A stretch of 64,000 nt of DNA, from positions 448,001 to 512,000 of the forward strand of contig CAWBBV010000001.1 of the NCBI GenBank assembly GCA_963787125.1. Reading direction: 5' to 3'. The position numbers and the translations under genes are program-made. The notes under the pieces were generated by a model. It was not told the DNA's origin. It was given only the letters and a program-made list of their open reading frames with translations, and searched no databases. This document shows positions 10,202 through 21,034 of the stretch, in pieces. This stretch comes from an uncultured delta proteobacterium. GTDB lineage: Bacteria; Desulfobacterota; Desulfuromonadia; Geobacterales; DSM-12255. How positions within the stretch are numbered: position 1 is the stretch's first letter; every line of letters begins with the position of its first letter.

Positions 10202-13081
10202 TTAGAGAACCGCCTTGAGATATTCTGCAGTTTTCTCCCGCTTCTCTTTTTCGATCTCTTTTGAGTCGATTTCGACAAATTTCTCATCAGGTGAAACCTT
10301 GAAGAGCGGCTGCCCTTTCTGAACGATGGAGCCATCAGCCCCCTGCATGATAATTTTGTCGATTGTTCCGGAAAAAGTGGCCCGGACGGTGTTGAACATC
10401 TTCATGACTTCGATAATGTAAAGCGCCTGTCCCTTTTCGAAGTGCATCCCCTCTGAAACAAACGAAGGCAGGCCTGGGCCTTCCTGGCCGTAGTACATGC
10501 CGCCGCAGATGGAAACAATTTCGTCTGCTTTTGTTGCCGGTGGTGGCACCAGAATTTTTTTCATTTTAACCTGCAGCTCAGAATCATGGAGATACGCAGG
10601 GATGGTGACTTCCAGATCCTCTTCAACTTTGAAATCCCAGAAGTTAAGGTTGCTGGCAAGAACAAAGAGTATTCCCAGCAGTTCAAGACCTGCTTCAAAG
10701 CCGAAATGGGCAGACTGTATCTGATTCCATTCGTCGGCGCTGTAACCGCCTTGCGGTTTATCTTTTGCAAGAATAGCGGTCAGCTTGTAGAACTCGTGCA
10801 ACCCGAGTTTGAAGTTTTCAGAAAGCGTCGTATAAAACCGGAGCCCTTTCTGGAGCAGTTCATTATCATGGCTCCAGATGACCTCTGCGGCTGGCGCCTT
10901 GGGATCAAAGGACATATTCAGATACTCGTAAGTGTCTGCAAGAATGACGAACGGGTTGTCACGCAGCACAATCTTGCCGCTTTCAATGGCAAAATTATTT
11001 CTGTTCAGCGAGAGCCAACCTGACAGCATATGTGGGTCTTCCAGTAGCTTGTCCATGGGACGCGTAACGAGTGTCCCCTTGCGATCAAGAATCGCCGCCA
11101 TATCCTTGGCAGGTTTGGGATCATCCGGAAACTGCTCTGTCATCTTCTTGGCATAGGCTTTCTTCATCTGAATAAAGGCGTAGACTGTATCAATCTTTGC
11201 CGCCTCATCTTTTAGGAGGCCCATAAGTGTCAGATAAGGGACAACAAAACGGGTTGTCGGTTTTGCCATAACATTCTGGCCGCGGAACCAGTTGACCAGG
11301 CCGTAATGAAACTCAAGGTTGGTGGCCAGATCAACACCACGCAGGGTTGTCTTGCCGAGAACTTTTGAAAGGTGATTGTAACTGGCTAACCGGTCTTCAC
11401 CTTTTGTTAAAAGGAGCGCAATGTTTGAATCATAGGCACCGGCAACCTTGTAGCGCATGAACATGCCGGTATCAGGGTTTACCAGACTGATCCCCTGATC
11501 ATCGCGAATCTCGCCTTCAATCGGCTTGGACCAGAAGCGGATCATGCCACCGGCGTGGGGAGAGAGTGAGGCGTCAGTAGCATTGAGTCGTGCTTCGGCT
11601 GCAGCGCCGAAACGCGGAATCCTTTCAGGCTTTGGCAAGCGCTTCTTGTGGCGGGCAAGCAACGCCATTGCCTCGACCAGCGATTCGACGATGAAAAAAT
11701 CATTTTTGTTCTTTGGATTAGTGAATTTGAGGCTGTAGCAGAGCTCGGAAACGCGGTGCTCTACCTGAATCCGGGTATTCACTTCCATGAAAAAGTAGCG
11801 GTCACGGTCAACGATGCACTCGAAGGTTGACGCAGAATCGAGTCCCACGGCGACTCCAAACTTGGTGGAATCTTCTTCCATCCTTTTGAGAACCTTGAGA
11901 TCGCTCTCCAACGCCGTTACTTCAGCCTTTTTGCCAGCCTTTTTAGCCTTTTCAATGGCGAGCGCAAGGCTCTCCTGGGTCACAGATATTTCCAGCAGCT
12001 TCTGCTCGTGCATCTGCAAGGAGCAATCACGACCGCCGAGCGAAACGCACCACTCGCCATTGCCAAGCAGCTGAATTTCGTTGTGACGTGTCTGCTCGAT
12101 ATTGAGTTCAACGAGAACATTCTTGTTGTCGCCGACCCCGTTCGCCTTGACCTCGTTTAATATTTCCCTGACAAGAGTTGGCGTTTCAACGGCAGCGTCT
12201 TTTATCTGTTTCTCAGTCGCTTTTTTCAGTGTAAGCAGCTCAGCCCCAAGGATTCTCTGGCCTTTGCCGCCTCCGCCACCGATCGCTTTCAAGCGGATGC
12301 GGCTTTGCGGATACTCTTTGAACATGGTGACAACGTCATCCTGGACCTGAGCAGAGAGCTCATCAACCGTGTAGAGGTCAAGTCCTTTTTCATATGACGC
12401 ATAAAGTATCTGGTCAGCCAGGTCTTCCAGTGAGAGCTTTTTGTCTTCAAGAGTTTTAGCGCTAACTTCAAGTTCGTGAATCTTGACCAGTCCGAGAAGT
12501 TTTTCCCGGGTTCCATACTTCTTTACCAGGGTTCGTGCGGTCGCATTATTAATGCCAGGAGTAACACTGACGCCAACTTGAAGGGCGGTACGTTTTGCTT
12601 CATCTTTTTTGCCGGCATCAGCCTGGGTACGGGAATTCGGACCGATAAATTTCAGACCGGCCTTTTCGACGGAGGCAACAAACTCTTCATCTTCAGCCAT
12701 AAAACCGTAGCCGGCGAAAATTGAGTCGTAACCGTTATCATGGGCTATTTTGGTGATCTGATTAATCCGCTCGACCCTCTCTTCCTTGCTGGCGCCGGTA
12801 TAGTCAGGTACGCGATGAACACGGTTAGAATCAGTAAGCTGACGCAACTCGGGAGCAAGTGCGTTTGCGTAGACTATGGAATCTTTTTCCGAGAGAAGAA
12901 TGCCGAAGTGACTCATTCCCATCTCTTCAAAAACATCCATCGCTTCCTTTCTTATCGGCCCGCGGCAGACTATCAGCGGTTTTAGATCCTCACTGGCAAA
13001 GGAGCTAACCCACTCGGAGTCGGACTTGCCCAGCCTTCGATCACGGTGAATCAGCGGGTTGTTCATGTAGAGGTCATTCAT
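10202..13081 (-). CDS. Biotin carboxylase-BCCP fusion of an acyl-CoA carboxylase
   Basis: GYGFMAE, KAIGGGGGKG, RDCSLQ and FMEVNTRIQVEH motifs; C-terminal EVMKM biotinylation site. Confidence 0.95.
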   Translation of the reverse strand: MNDLYMNNPLIHRDRRLGKSDSEWVSSFASEDLKPLIVCRGPIRKEAMDVFEEMGMSHFGILLSEKDSIVYANALAPELRQLTDSNRVHRVPDYTGASKEERVERINQITKIAHDNGYDSIFAGYGFMAEDEEFVASVEKAGLKFIGPNSRTQADAGKKDEAKRTALQVGVSVTPGINNATARTLVKKYGTREKLLGLVKIHELEVSAKTLEDKKLSLEDLADQILYASYEKGLDLYTVDELSAQVQDDVVTMFKEYPQSRIRLKAIGGGGGKGQRILGAELLTLKKATEKQIKDAAVETPTLVREILNEVKANGVGDNKNVLVELNIEQTRHNEIQLLGNGEWCVSLGGRDCSLQMHEQKLLEISVTQESLALAIEKAKKAGKKAEVTALESDLKVLKRMEEDSTKFGVAVGLDSASTFECIVDRDRYFFMEVNTRIQVEHRVSELCYSLKFTNPKNKNDFFIVESLVEAMALLARHKKRLPKPERIPRFGAAAEARLNATDASLSPHAGGMIRFWSKPIEGEIRDDQGISLVNPDTGMFMRYKVAGAYDSNIALLLTKGEDRLASYNHLSKVLGKTTLRGVDLATNLEFHYGLVNWFRGQNVMAKPTTRFVVPYLTLMGLLKDEAAKIDTVYAFIQMKKAYAKKMTEQFPDDPKPAKDMAAILDRKGTLVTRPMDKLLEDPHMLSGWLSLNRNNFAIESGKIVLRDNPFVILADTYEYLNMSFDPKAPAAEVIWSHDNELLQKGLRFYTTLSENFKLGLHEFYKLTAILAKDKPQGGYSADEWNQIQSAHFGFEAGLELLGILFVLASNLNFWDFKVEEDLEVTIPAYLHDSELQVKMKKILVPPPATKADEIVSICGGMYYGQEGPGLPSFVSEGMHFEKGQALYIIEVMKMFNTVRATFSGTIDKIIMQGADGSIVQKGQPLFKVSPDEKFVEIDSKEIEKEKREKTAEYLKAVL

Positions 13082-13114
13082 TGGTCTCTATCTCCAAAAG
13101 TATATTTATTGAAA

Positions 13115-13197
13115 CAGTATTCAGAAGTCAGTATGAAGGAGTCAGTAGAAAATCCAGGTTTATGCTCAGCCCTGACCGCTTAATACTGACCCTGCTT
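13115..13197. repeat. Inverted arrays of degenerate heptanucleotide repeats
   Basis: CAGTATT-CAGAAGT-CAGTATG-AAGGAGT-CAGTAGA on the + strand; CAGTATT-AAGCGGT-CAGGGCT on the - strand. Confidence 0.6.
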
Positions 13198-14922
13198 TTA
13201 GTGAAACTCCCTCTGCGGACCGCCCATAGGGGCCGGTTTGTAGTGACGCAGGAAGAAGTTCATGTTTTCGCCGAGCACTTTGCGCAGATCAGTCGGCATA
13301 ACTATTGACGAGATCGAACCGAGGGCAAGGCCCTCCTTCGGGTTCATAAGCTCTTTTTCATAGCGAAGGTTAAGCGCCGCTTCCTGGCCTTTGAGCCACT
13401 CGGCAGCTTCTTTCTCGGCATCTTTCTTGGCTGCAGCACCGTCCATACCGGCAACGATACGCTCCTCCGTCCCTTTCTTCACCATCTCGGCGGCAGCAGA
13501 ACGCATTTTGCGAACCTCGTCCTTATAGACAAACTCCTTGCCTGCAGGCCCCATAACAGCAAGGCGGGTGGTAGGCAGGGCAAGGACAAGGTCGGCACCG
13601 GTAGGATAGTTATTGTAGGAAGCGTAAGCCCCGCCATAGGCGTTGCGCAGGATCAGCAGTATGCGTGGCGTACGGACGTCGACGATGGAGTCGAGCATTG
13701 AACGGCCAGCCTGAACGATGCCGCGTGCTTCCTGCTCACGACCCGGCAAAAAGCCGGTCGTGTCTTCCATGAAGATGATCGGAATGTTATAAATGTTGCA
13801 GAAGCGGACAAAACGGGCAATTTTGACGGCAGAGTCACAGTCAATCTGCCCGGAAGAGACTGCAGAGTTGTTGGCAACAAAACCTACAACGTTGCCGCCA
13901 AGACGACCGAAAGCAGTGACAACCTCTTTGGCACGTTCCGGCTGAAGCTCAAAGTAGTCACCATGATCACAGATCTGCTGAATGACAATGGAGACATCAA
14001 ACGGGGTGTTGAACCCGGTCGGCGAATTAAATGCCTTTTTCAGCAGGGTGTTTATCTCCCAGGTCTTTCTGTCAAGGGGATCGCTGGTTTCCTGAAAAGG
14101 TGGAGCGACACTGTTGTTGTCGGGCAGGTAGGAGAGCAGACGGACGGCAGTCCGGAGCGCTGCAACCTCATCGGTAACAGTAAGGTCAGCGACGCCGGTT
14201 TTGCCGTGAACTTTTGGACCGCCGAGTTCTTCAGGGGTGACATCCTCGCCGAGTACCGACTTGACGACACCTGGTCCGGTAAGACCAAAGAAAGTATCGT
14301 TGGGCTGGATGACAAAACTTCCCTGGCGGGGGAGGTAGCTGCCGCCACCGGCATTGAAGCCGAACATGCACATGATGGAGGGAACGACGCCGCTCATCTT
14401 GCGCAGCGCGGTGAATGCCTCGGCATAACCGTCAAGACCGCCGACACCAGCAGGCACAAAAGCCCCGGCAGAGTCATTCATTCCAATGACCGGAATACCC
14501 TTGGCAGCGGCAAGGTTGAAGAGCTTGGCGAGTTTGCTGCCATTGGTTGCATCAATAGAACCGGCGCGGACAGTAAAGTCATGCCCGTAAACAGCGACAT
14601 CACGGCCGCCAATATTCAGAATCGCAGTTACCAGCGAGGCACCGTCAAGATTCTTGCCCCAGTTCTGATAAAGAACATTTGGAGCTTCGCCGGAGAGAAC
14701 CGCCAAGCGTTCCCAGACAGTCATCCGCTTTTTGAAATGCTGTTTTTCGATCTGGTCAATCTTCACTGATTTGATGGGGCGCTGGATAAGGTCGTAACCT
14801 TCCTTCATCGCCTCTTCATAGCCGCCTGTTGTCCGGGATATCTCCCCAGGAATAGTGAACTCGACCTTCTCGGGTGGATCAAACGGGTTTTTCAGTAGTG
14901 GTTTCATAGCTGCCTTTGACAT
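13198..14922 (-). CDS. Acyl-CoA carboxylase, carboxyltransferase (beta) subunit
   Basis: [37 protein letters not shown] and AYGGAY motifs. Confidence 0.95.
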   Translation of the reverse strand: MSKAAMKPLLKNPFDPPEKVEFTIPGEISRTTGGYEEAMKEGYDLIQRPIKSVKIDQIEKQHFKKRMTVWERLAVLSGEAPNVLYQNWGKNLDGASLVTAILNIGGRDVAVYGHDFTVRAGSIDATNGSKLAKLFNLAAAKGIPVIGMNDSAGAFVPAGVGGLDGYAEAFTALRKMSGVVPSIMCMFGFNAGGGSYLPRQGSFVIQPNDTFFGLTGPGVVKSVLGEDVTPEELGGPKVHGKTGVADLTVTDEVAALRTAVRLLSYLPDNNSVAPPFQETSDPLDRKTWEINTLLKKAFNSPTGFNTPFDVSIVIQQICDHGDYFELQPERAKEVVTAFGRLGGNVVGFVANNSAVSSGQIDCDSAVKIARFVRFCNIYNIPIIFMEDTTGFLPGREQEARGIVQAGRSMLDSIVDVRTPRILLILRNAYGGAYASYNNYPTGADLVLALPTTRLAVMGPAGKEFVYKDEVRKMRSAAAEMVKKGTEERIVAGMDGAAAKKDAEKEAAEWLKGQEAALNLRYEKELMNPKEGLALGSISSIVMPTDLRKVLGENMNFFLRHYKPAPMGGPQREFH

Positions 14923-14976
14923 CTCTTCACCCTTCCATAAGTTGGATTTGTTACTGACTTTGTTGGGAATAACTGA

Positions 14977-15540
14977 TTAGCGGGTTACCACCGCAAGAAC
15001 CCTGACCTCTTTACCATCCTTTGAAAGGAGGCGGTGACGCAGGGATGAATCAAAATAGACGCAGTCCTCTTCCTCCAGAAGAATCCGCTCGTCTTCAAGC
15101 AAAAGCTCTGCAGTCCCTTTCATCACGTAGAGAAACTCCTCGCCGTCATGACTATAGGTATTCTCTTCGGCAACTCTTTCAGTAACCGAAAGGAGGAACG
15201 GTTCCATCTTCTTGTTCTGCTTCCTAAAGGAGAGCGACTCGTATGAGTACCCCTGACTCGTGCCGGCACGAGAGATAACCCTTGGGATCTGTTTTCTTTC
15301 GCTTCTGCGCACAACTTCGTAGCGGCATTCCTCTTCATCCTCAGTAAAGAACACTCCGATCTTTACGTCAAAGAATTTGGCAATCTTCGAGAGAGTGGCG
15401 ATTGGCGGCGAAACATTATTATTCTCGATCTGGGAGATGAGTGCCGGTGAAAAACCGGTCTCTCTTGCAACTGCTTGCAGAGTGAGCTTTTTAGCCAGCC
15501 TGAGTTTCTTTATTTTTGAGCCGATATTGTATTCGGACAT
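14977..15540 (-). CDS. XRE-family HTH plus cupin transcriptional regulator
   Basis: N-terminal HTH (ISQIENNNVSPPIATL); cupin motifs HDGEEF and FDSSLRH. Confidence 0.9.
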   Translation of the reverse strand: MSEYNIGSKIKKLRLAKKLTLQAVARETGFSPALISQIENNNVSPPIATLSKIAKFFDVKIGVFFTEDEEECRYEVVRRSERKQIPRVISRAGTSQGYSYESLSFRKQNKKMEPFLLSVTERVAEENTYSHDGEEFLYVMKGTAELLLEDERILLEEEDCVYFDSSLRHRLLSKDGKEVRVLAVVTR

Positions 15541-15781
15541 AGGATATTGAACCACCATGGACACCAAGAATAAAACCAGTTTTTATTGCGGCTAAAAATA
15601 CTGATTTACTGCGTCGCTGTCAATAATTATTTGACTAGTGAGCGTGACTGTAAACATTAATGTGGTTGTCCGGGTCGGGTTGCAGGATTAAAGGGGATTT
15701 TAGGTCAGGGAATTGTGGCAGGGTTTTCGTGTAAACAGTAATATAGCTTGCCGTTATGAAAGCTTATCTGTTGGACGGCAC

Positions 15782-15817
15782 AAAAAAGAGGGCGCCTGAT
15801 GGCGCCCTCTTTTTTTG
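15782..15817 (-). terminator. Rho-independent terminator (bidirectional form) after atpE
   Basis: AAAAAAGAGGGCGCC-TGAT-GGCGCCCTCTTTTTT. Confidence 0.85.
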
Positions 15818-15835
15818 TTTCGATAAAAGCGGGAA

Positions 15836-16111
15836 TTACTTGGCAACTGTCTCAGCAAGCTTCAGCGCGATATCTTTGTAAGGGTTTGCGAAGAGGATGA
15901 TGAGGCAGACAACGAGAGCGTAGATTGCGAGAGACTCGATCATGGCGAGACCGATCATCATGGTGGTGAGGATCTTGCCAGAAGCGCCGGGATTACGGGA
16001 AACGCCTTCAACTGCACGTGCTACAGCCATACCCTGACCGATACCGGTGCCGAGTGTTCCGAGTGCCATGCCGATGCCTGCTGCCAGTACACACATTGTA
16101 AAAAAGCCCAT
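15836..16111 (-). CDS. atpE: ATP synthase F0 subunit c
   Basis: GxGxGxG helix, RNP loop, LAMIESLAIY. Confidence 0.97.
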   Translation of the reverse strand: MGFFTMCVLAAGIGMALGTLGTGIGQGMAVARAVEGVSRNPGASGKILTTMMIGLAMIESLAIYALVVCLIILFANPYKDIALKLAETVAK

Positions 16112-16210
16112 TTTATTCTCCTTTGTTGCTTGGTTTATATTTCCTAAATTGTATAGGAATAATGCGTTAGTTATGTAATTGCGGCGCGATACTTTATTGT
16201 AGCCTGGCTT

Positions 16211-16900
16211 TTAATGCGCGTGCTCAAGAGAGCCCTGAATGTAAATCATCGCCAGCAGCATGAAGACGAATGCCTGGATAAAGGAGACCAGAACCCCCAT
16301 CATCATCATCGGTAGCGGTACGAGGAAAGGGGCCAGGCCGAAGAAGATCATGAGAACAAGTTCGTGACCGTTCATGTTGCCGAAAAGCCGCAAGGTAAGG
16401 GAGATAACGCGGCTGAAGTGACCAATAACCTCGATGAAGAACATCATCGGTGCAAGCCAGAGAATCGGGCCCATGAAGTGCTTGATGTACTTGAAGCCGT
16501 GCTCTTTGACGCCGACTACGTGAGTGGTGACAAAAACGACGACTGCACAGGCTGCGGTGGTGTTAATGTTTGCGGTCGGCGGGAAGAACCCGGGAACGAG
16601 GCCGATAAGGTTTGACACAAGAACAAAAATCGCAAGGGTTGCAATCAGCGGGAAGAATGGCCGGCCATGCTCACCCATTGTTTCGACGACCATGTTTTCG
16701 ATGCCGCCGATAACTACTTCCATAAAGTTCTGCAGCCCGCCGGGAACGGCAGTAAGTGCTTTTGTTGCTATTACGGAGAGCAGTGCCAGAACGACAATGA
16801 TCAGCCAGGTGTAGGCAATTGCATCTGCTCCGGCAGCGGAGATATGGAGCGGCGCCAGGAGCTGTCTGAAAAACTGTAGAAAGAGTATGGGATGAATCAT
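16211..16900 (-). CDS. atpB: ATP synthase F0 subunit a
   Basis: [10 protein letters not shown] and IQAFVF motifs. Confidence 0.97.
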   Translation of the reverse strand: MIHPILFLQFFRQLLAPLHISAAGADAIAYTWLIIVVLALLSVIATKALTAVPGGLQNFMEVVIGGIENMVVETMGEHGRPFFPLIATLAIFVLVSNLIGLVPGFFPPTANINTTAACAVVVFVTTHVVGVKEHGFKYIKHFMGPILWLAPMMFFIEVIGHFSRVISLTLRLFGNMNGHELVLMIFFGLAPFLVPLPMMMMGVLVSFIQAFVFMLLAMIYIQGSLEHAH

Positions 16901-17292
16901 GGTGATTGTTCTCCTTTATCTGACAGAGACAGAAAAACTGAAACTGTTGTTATCGTAATTACAAGGGTCGAAAGTCCGACAAGCAGCCCGGCGATGTTGA
17001 TGCCGAATTTCAACAGGACTACTATGATGATTCCTGAAATCGTAAGGCGCAGTATATAACGGATAACTGCATACTGTCTGGCGTCACTGCGCTGCTGAAT
17101 GAGTATCCGTTCAAGAATCGAGCGCAGCCAGAAATTGTTGCCAAGAGCAATCAACCCGCCGGCAGCTACTCCCAGACCGAAATTAACCGAGCCGATCAGG
17201 GAGCTGATAATCGTGAGCCCAGCCAGCATCAGCCAGCTCCACCTCGTAACCATGGAGAGGATATCTCCGTCAACTACCCTGATTATCGTCAT
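16897..17292 (-). CDS. atpI: ATP synthase protein I
   Basis: Four hydrophobic segments, directly upstream of atpB. Confidence 0.75.
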   Translation of the reverse strand: MTIIRVVDGDILSMVTRWSWLMLAGLTIISSLIGSVNFGLGVAAGGLIALGNNFWLRSILERILIQQRSDARQYAVIRYILRLTISGIIIVVLLKFGINIAGLLVGLSTLVITITTVSVFLSLSDKGEQSP

Positions 17293-17515
17293 CCCGCCTT
17301 ATTTCTTTGCCGGCCATTATGTAGATATTTCTAAAACCGGCCACAATTCCGAAGAATAGAAAGATGAAGAAGAACCATGGCGCCGTGCCAAGCCATTTAT
17401 CAAGCTGGAGGCCAACATAAACACCGATTGCAATAGCGATGACAACCGATATTCCGATGGTGGAGAGCGTCCCCAGGGTAAGCAACAGCCCTCTCTTTTC
17501 CTCACCTTTTGCCAT
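17270..17515 (-). CDS. atpZ: AtpZ/AtpI family protein
   Basis: G..LDKWLGTAPWF....GIVAGF signature. Confidence 0.8.
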   Translation of the reverse strand: MAKGEEKRGLLLTLGTLSTIGISVVIAIAIGVYVGLQLDKWLGTAPWFFFIFLFFGIVAGFRNIYIMAGKEIRRDDDNQGS

Positions 17516-17635
17516 GTTGGCCTATAAAAGCTGCTTTTAGTAAGGAATAAAACTCAAACTACATAACACACTCTCCGCAACTGTGTCAACACGGTTTTAC
17601 GGGACGTTATGAAATGCTGTTGAGTAAAACTTTTG

Positions 17636-17677
17636 TTGACAGCGTCGCAGCAGATTCGTATATTGATTATCATTATC
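17636..17677 (+). promoter_or_regulatory. Sigma70 promoter of fur overlapped by a Fur box
   Basis: TTGACA-17 nt-TATATT; TATATTGATTATCATTATC (17659-17677) matches 16/19 of GATAATGATAATCATTATC. Confidence 0.8.
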
Positions 17678-17690
17678 AACAGGTGGATCG

Positions 17691-18122
17691 ATGAAGCTTT
17701 CAAAAAAACAGACATTTCTTAACTTTGCAGCCGCAAAGGGTCTTAAGTCAACCAGACAGCGGGAGATCATTCTTGACTGTTTTCTCTCTACCCACCAGCA
17801 CCTTACCACAGAAGAACTCTACCTCAAGCTTAAAGAGAACCATCCGGGAATCGGGTTTGCCACTGTCTACCGGACATTAAAACTGTTTGCCGAATCCGGC
17901 ATTGCCAGGGAGATCCAGTTTGGCGACGGCCAGACACGTTATGAACATCTGCATGCCGGAGAACATCATGACCATCTCGTCTGCACTGCTTGCGGAGCTA
18001 TTGTAGAATTCGAGAATGAAACAATAGAGAAGCTTCAGAGCCAGGTTGCCAGTCAGCACGGTTTCACCATTTTGAACCACAAACTTGAGCTTTACGGTTT
18101 CTGCGCAAAATGTCATAGCTGA
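17691..18122 (+). CDS. fur: Ferric uptake regulator
   Basis: ATVYRTL, HHDHLVCTACG and C-terminal CAKC. Confidence 0.95.
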   Translation: MKLSKKQTFLNFAAAKGLKSTRQREIILDCFLSTHQHLTTEELYLKLKENHPGIGFATVYRTLKLFAESGIAREIQFGDGQTRYEHLHAGEHHDHLVCTACGAIVEFENETIEKLQSQVASQHGFTILNHKLELYGFCAKCHS

Positions 18123-18141
18123 TTTTTTTTACTGTACGGAT

Positions 18142-18160
18142 GATAATGAATATCAAAAGC
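18142..18160 (+). promoter_or_regulatory. Second Fur box upstream of feoB
   Basis: GATAATGAATATCAAAAGC, 14/19 match to the Fur consensus. Confidence 0.6.
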
Positions 18161-18222
18161 AGTAATGTTGTTTTAGCAAGTTAGCAGTTATCCTGTTGAT
18201 CAGGATCAGGAGATCATTTTCC

Positions 18223-20202
18223 ATGAGCAGTGAATCGAAAGTAAGTCCACAGGGTGAAAGACATAACGTGCGCAGGGTTGCCCTGGTGGGAAATCCCAAT
18301 GTCGGCAAGAGTGTCCTTTTTAACGCTCTTACCGGTGCCTACGTAACCGTCTCCAACTATCCCGGCACCTCAGTCGAAGTTTCACGCGGCTTTGCGACTA
18401 TTGACGGGGTGCAGTGCGAAATCATCGATACACCCGGAATGTATGCCCTGCTGCCGATTACCGAGGAGGAACGGGTTGCCAGGGAGATACTGCTTAACGA
18501 GTCCCCGGACCTGATTATCCATGTTCTTGATGCCAGAAATCTTGAGCGAATGTTGACCATGACGCTGCAGTTGATTGAAGCCGGTCTGCCGGTTCTCCTG
18601 GTCGTCAACATTATGGATGAGGCTGAGAGGCTGGGAATCGGGATCGATATCCCCATGCTTCAGGATAAGCTGGGAATACCAGTAATCGGCGCTGCTACTG
18701 CCAAAAAAAGGGGTGTGCCGGAGATTCGGCAAGCGATCATCGCCTCGACGGGCAAGCCGCGCACCGCCTTCATCTATTCCCGGCGGCTTGAAAACGATAT
18801 AGATGAAATTGCCTCCGCGTTGACCGGCAGCTATCGCCTTTCCAACAAGGCTTTGGCGCTGTTGTTGCTGCAAAGGGATGATGAAGTCGCAGAACTGGTG
18901 GGTAAAAACGAAGGAGCAGGGGCTGGAGCTGTCAGCGAGAAGGTAAAAGCGAAAAGATTTGAGCGCCGTGAGTCTTTTCATATGGATCTCTCTCTGGAGC
19001 GAAAAGCGCTGGTGCAAGCGCTCACCGCCGGGGTGCTGACGCTCCCTGACAGGCGGCGCGTGACTCTGGCTGAAAGGCTTTCAACCCTTTCTGTCCGCCC
19101 TTTGACAGGAGTTCCTTTGCTGTTGATTGTGCTCTATTTTGGACTATACAAATTTGTCGGTGATTTCGGTGCAGGCACTCTTGTTGATCTACTGGAGAAA
19201 AAGCTGTTCGAGGAGAATTTCAGCCCATGGGCAATAAAAGCTGTAAAAGCAGTTGTGCCGTGGGAGATAATTCAGGAACTTTTCGTTGGTGAATACGGGA
19301 TTATTACTTTAGGCCTGCGCTACGCCGTCGGCATTATTTTGCCGATCGTCGCGACATTTTTCCTCTTTTTTTCCATTTTGGAAGATAGTGGCTATTTCCC
19401 GCGACTGGCACTTCTGGTTGACAGGATCTTCAAAAAAATCGGGCTCACCGGTCGGGCGGTCATTCCCATGGTGCTCGGTTTTGGCTGCTCCACCATGGCG
19501 ACCATGGTGACACGAACTCTTGAAACGGTTCGGGAGCGGATTATAGCTACACTGCTCCTGGCTCTGGCCATCCCTTGTTCCGCCCAGCTCGGTGTCATCC
19601 TGGCGCTGCTTTCCCGGGCGCCGGGAGCCCTGCTTGTCTGGAGCGTCTGTCTGCTGCTGATTTTCCTTGTGGTCGGCTTCCTCACTGCAAAGCTGATGCC
19701 GGGTGAAACGCCGATGTTCTACATGGAGCTGCCACCGATGAGAATACCGCAGCTTTCCAACATTCTCACCAAGACGTATACCAGGATGCAGTGGTATTTT
19801 CTGGAGATACTGCCGCTCTTTATCTTTGCTTCCGTGCTCCTCTGGATCGGGAAGCTGACGCACTTCTTTGAAAAGGCGGTCAACGGCCTGAGCCCGCTGA
19901 TGGCGGCTTTGGGGCTGCCAAAAGAGGTAGCTGTTGCTTTTATCTTTGGTTTCTTCCGCCGTGATTACGGTGCTGCCGGACTTTATGACCTGCAGACCAA
20001 AGGGGGACTTGATGCCCGTCAGTTGACAGTCGCGGCTGTTACCCTGACTCTGTTCGTCCCCTGTGTTGCCCAGTTCCTGATAATGAAGAAAGAGCGGGGC
20101 TGGAAAGTAGCGGGTGCCATCGGTATCTTTATCAGTGGGCTTGCCTTTGGCAGCGGTTACCTGCTCAATAAATTTCTGCTGGTAAGTGGCCTGTTGTCAT
20201 GA
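18223..20202 (+). CDS. feoB: Ferrous iron transporter B
   Basis: GNPNVGKS, NYPGTSV, DTPG, LEDSGY, GFGC and IPCSAQ motifs. Confidence 0.97.
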   Translation: MSSESKVSPQGERHNVRRVALVGNPNVGKSVLFNALTGAYVTVSNYPGTSVEVSRGFATIDGVQCEIIDTPGMYALLPITEEERVAREILLNESPDLIIHVLDARNLERMLTMTLQLIEAGLPVLLVVNIMDEAERLGIGIDIPMLQDKLGIPVIGAATAKKRGVPEIRQAIIASTGKPRTAFIYSRRLENDIDEIASALTGSYRLSNKALALLLLQRDDEVAELVGKNEGAGAGAVSEKVKAKRFERRESFHMDLSLERKALVQALTAGVLTLPDRRRVTLAERLSTLSVRPLTGVPLLLIVLYFGLYKFVGDFGAGTLVDLLEKKLFEENFSPWAIKAVKAVVPWEIIQELFVGEYGIITLGLRYAVGIILPIVATFFLFFSILEDSGYFPRLALLVDRIFKKIGLTGRAVIPMVLGFGCSTMATMVTRTLETVRERIIATLLLALAIPCSAQLGVILALLSRAPGALLVWSVCLLLIFLVVGFLTAKLMPGETPMFYMELPPMRIPQLSNILTKTYTRMQWYFLEILPLFIFASVLLWIGKLTHFFEKAVNGLSPLMAALGLPKEVAVAFIFGFFRRDYGAAGLYDLQTKGGLDARQLTVAAVTLTLFVPCVAQFLIMKKERGWKVAGAIGIFISGLAFGSGYLLNKFLLVSGLLS

Positions 20203-20390
20203 TCTGCAGCTACTGCGGTCATGAGTTTGCTGAAGAGGCGGGCAGCAAGGGGTGCGGCAACTGTCCCGGCGGCTGTCACAATGTTCATTGCCCGCGCTGT
20301 AACTACAAAAACCCGCTGGAGCCGGCGGTTGTCAAAAAACTAAGAACGCTCTTTGGAAAGAATTTGCACGTTAAAGGGGGGAAGGAATGA
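20199..20390 (+). CDS. Small Cys-rich protein in the feo operon
   Basis: CSYCG, GCGNCPGGC and CPRC; overlaps the feoB stop and ideR start. Confidence 0.75.
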   Translation: MICSYCGHEFAEEAGSKGCGNCPGGCHNVHCPRCNYKNPLEPAVVKKLRTLFGKNLHVKGGKE

Positions 20391-21031
20391 AGCTGACCGA
20401 CCATGCAGAAGAGATACTTGAATCAATGTGGATTGCGATAGAAGAAGAGGGGCGCGGTTTTGCCGATATCGACTCACTTGGATTAACAGCAGCTGATCCG
20501 GCGCTCAAAGAGCTTGTCGGCCATGCATTTATAGAGCTCAAGGGTGAAAGGCTGCATTTCCGCCCGGATGGACGGCAAGAGGGGGAGAAGACGATCCGTC
20601 GTCATCGCCTGGCGGAGCGGCTGATGATGGACGTCCTTAACATCCGTGGCGACAGCGCTGAAATCAAGGCCTGCCAGTTCGAGCACCTCCTCAACGAAGG
20701 GGTCGATAACAAGGTCTGTACGATGCTCAATCATCCCACAACCTGTCCGCACGGTAAAAGAATCCCGCCCGGTGACTGCTGCGATGAAGCCCGCAGTAGC
20801 GGTGATCTCGGCGTAGTTCCGCTGACGGAGCTGAAGTCAGGGGAAGAAGGGGAGATCGCCTACATTCTTACCGAGGATAACAAGAAGATGCAGAAGCTGA
20901 TGGCCATGGGGGTGCTGCCGGGTAACCGCATCGTCCTGATGCAGTCATTTCCGTCATACATTTTCCGGGTCGGTTATTCGGAGTTTGCCATTGATACGGC
21001 CATGGCCAAAGAGATCTTTGTGCGGAGGTAG
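20387..21031 (+). CDS. ideR: DtxR/IdeR family metal-dependent regulator with FeoA domain
   Basis: RRHRLAERL, ACQFEH, PTTCPHGKRIP, C-terminal FeoA-like domain. Confidence 0.9.
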   Translation: MKLTDHAEEILESMWIAIEEEGRGFADIDSLGLTAADPALKELVGHAFIELKGERLHFRPDGRQEGEKTIRRHRLAERLMMDVLNIRGDSAEIKACQFEHLLNEGVDNKVCTMLNHPTTCPHGKRIPPGDCCDEARSSGDLGVVPLTELKSGEEGEIAYILTEDNKKMQKLMAMGVLPGNRIVLMQSFPSYIFRVGYSEFAIDTAMAKEIFVRR

Positions 21032-21034
21032 GAT

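Noticed and set aside
15836..17515. F0 genes without F1 genes
   Set aside because: A split atp operon is normal in this lineage
17691..21031. Two iron regulators in one feoB operon
   Set aside because: fur-feoB-ideR is already known in Geobacter
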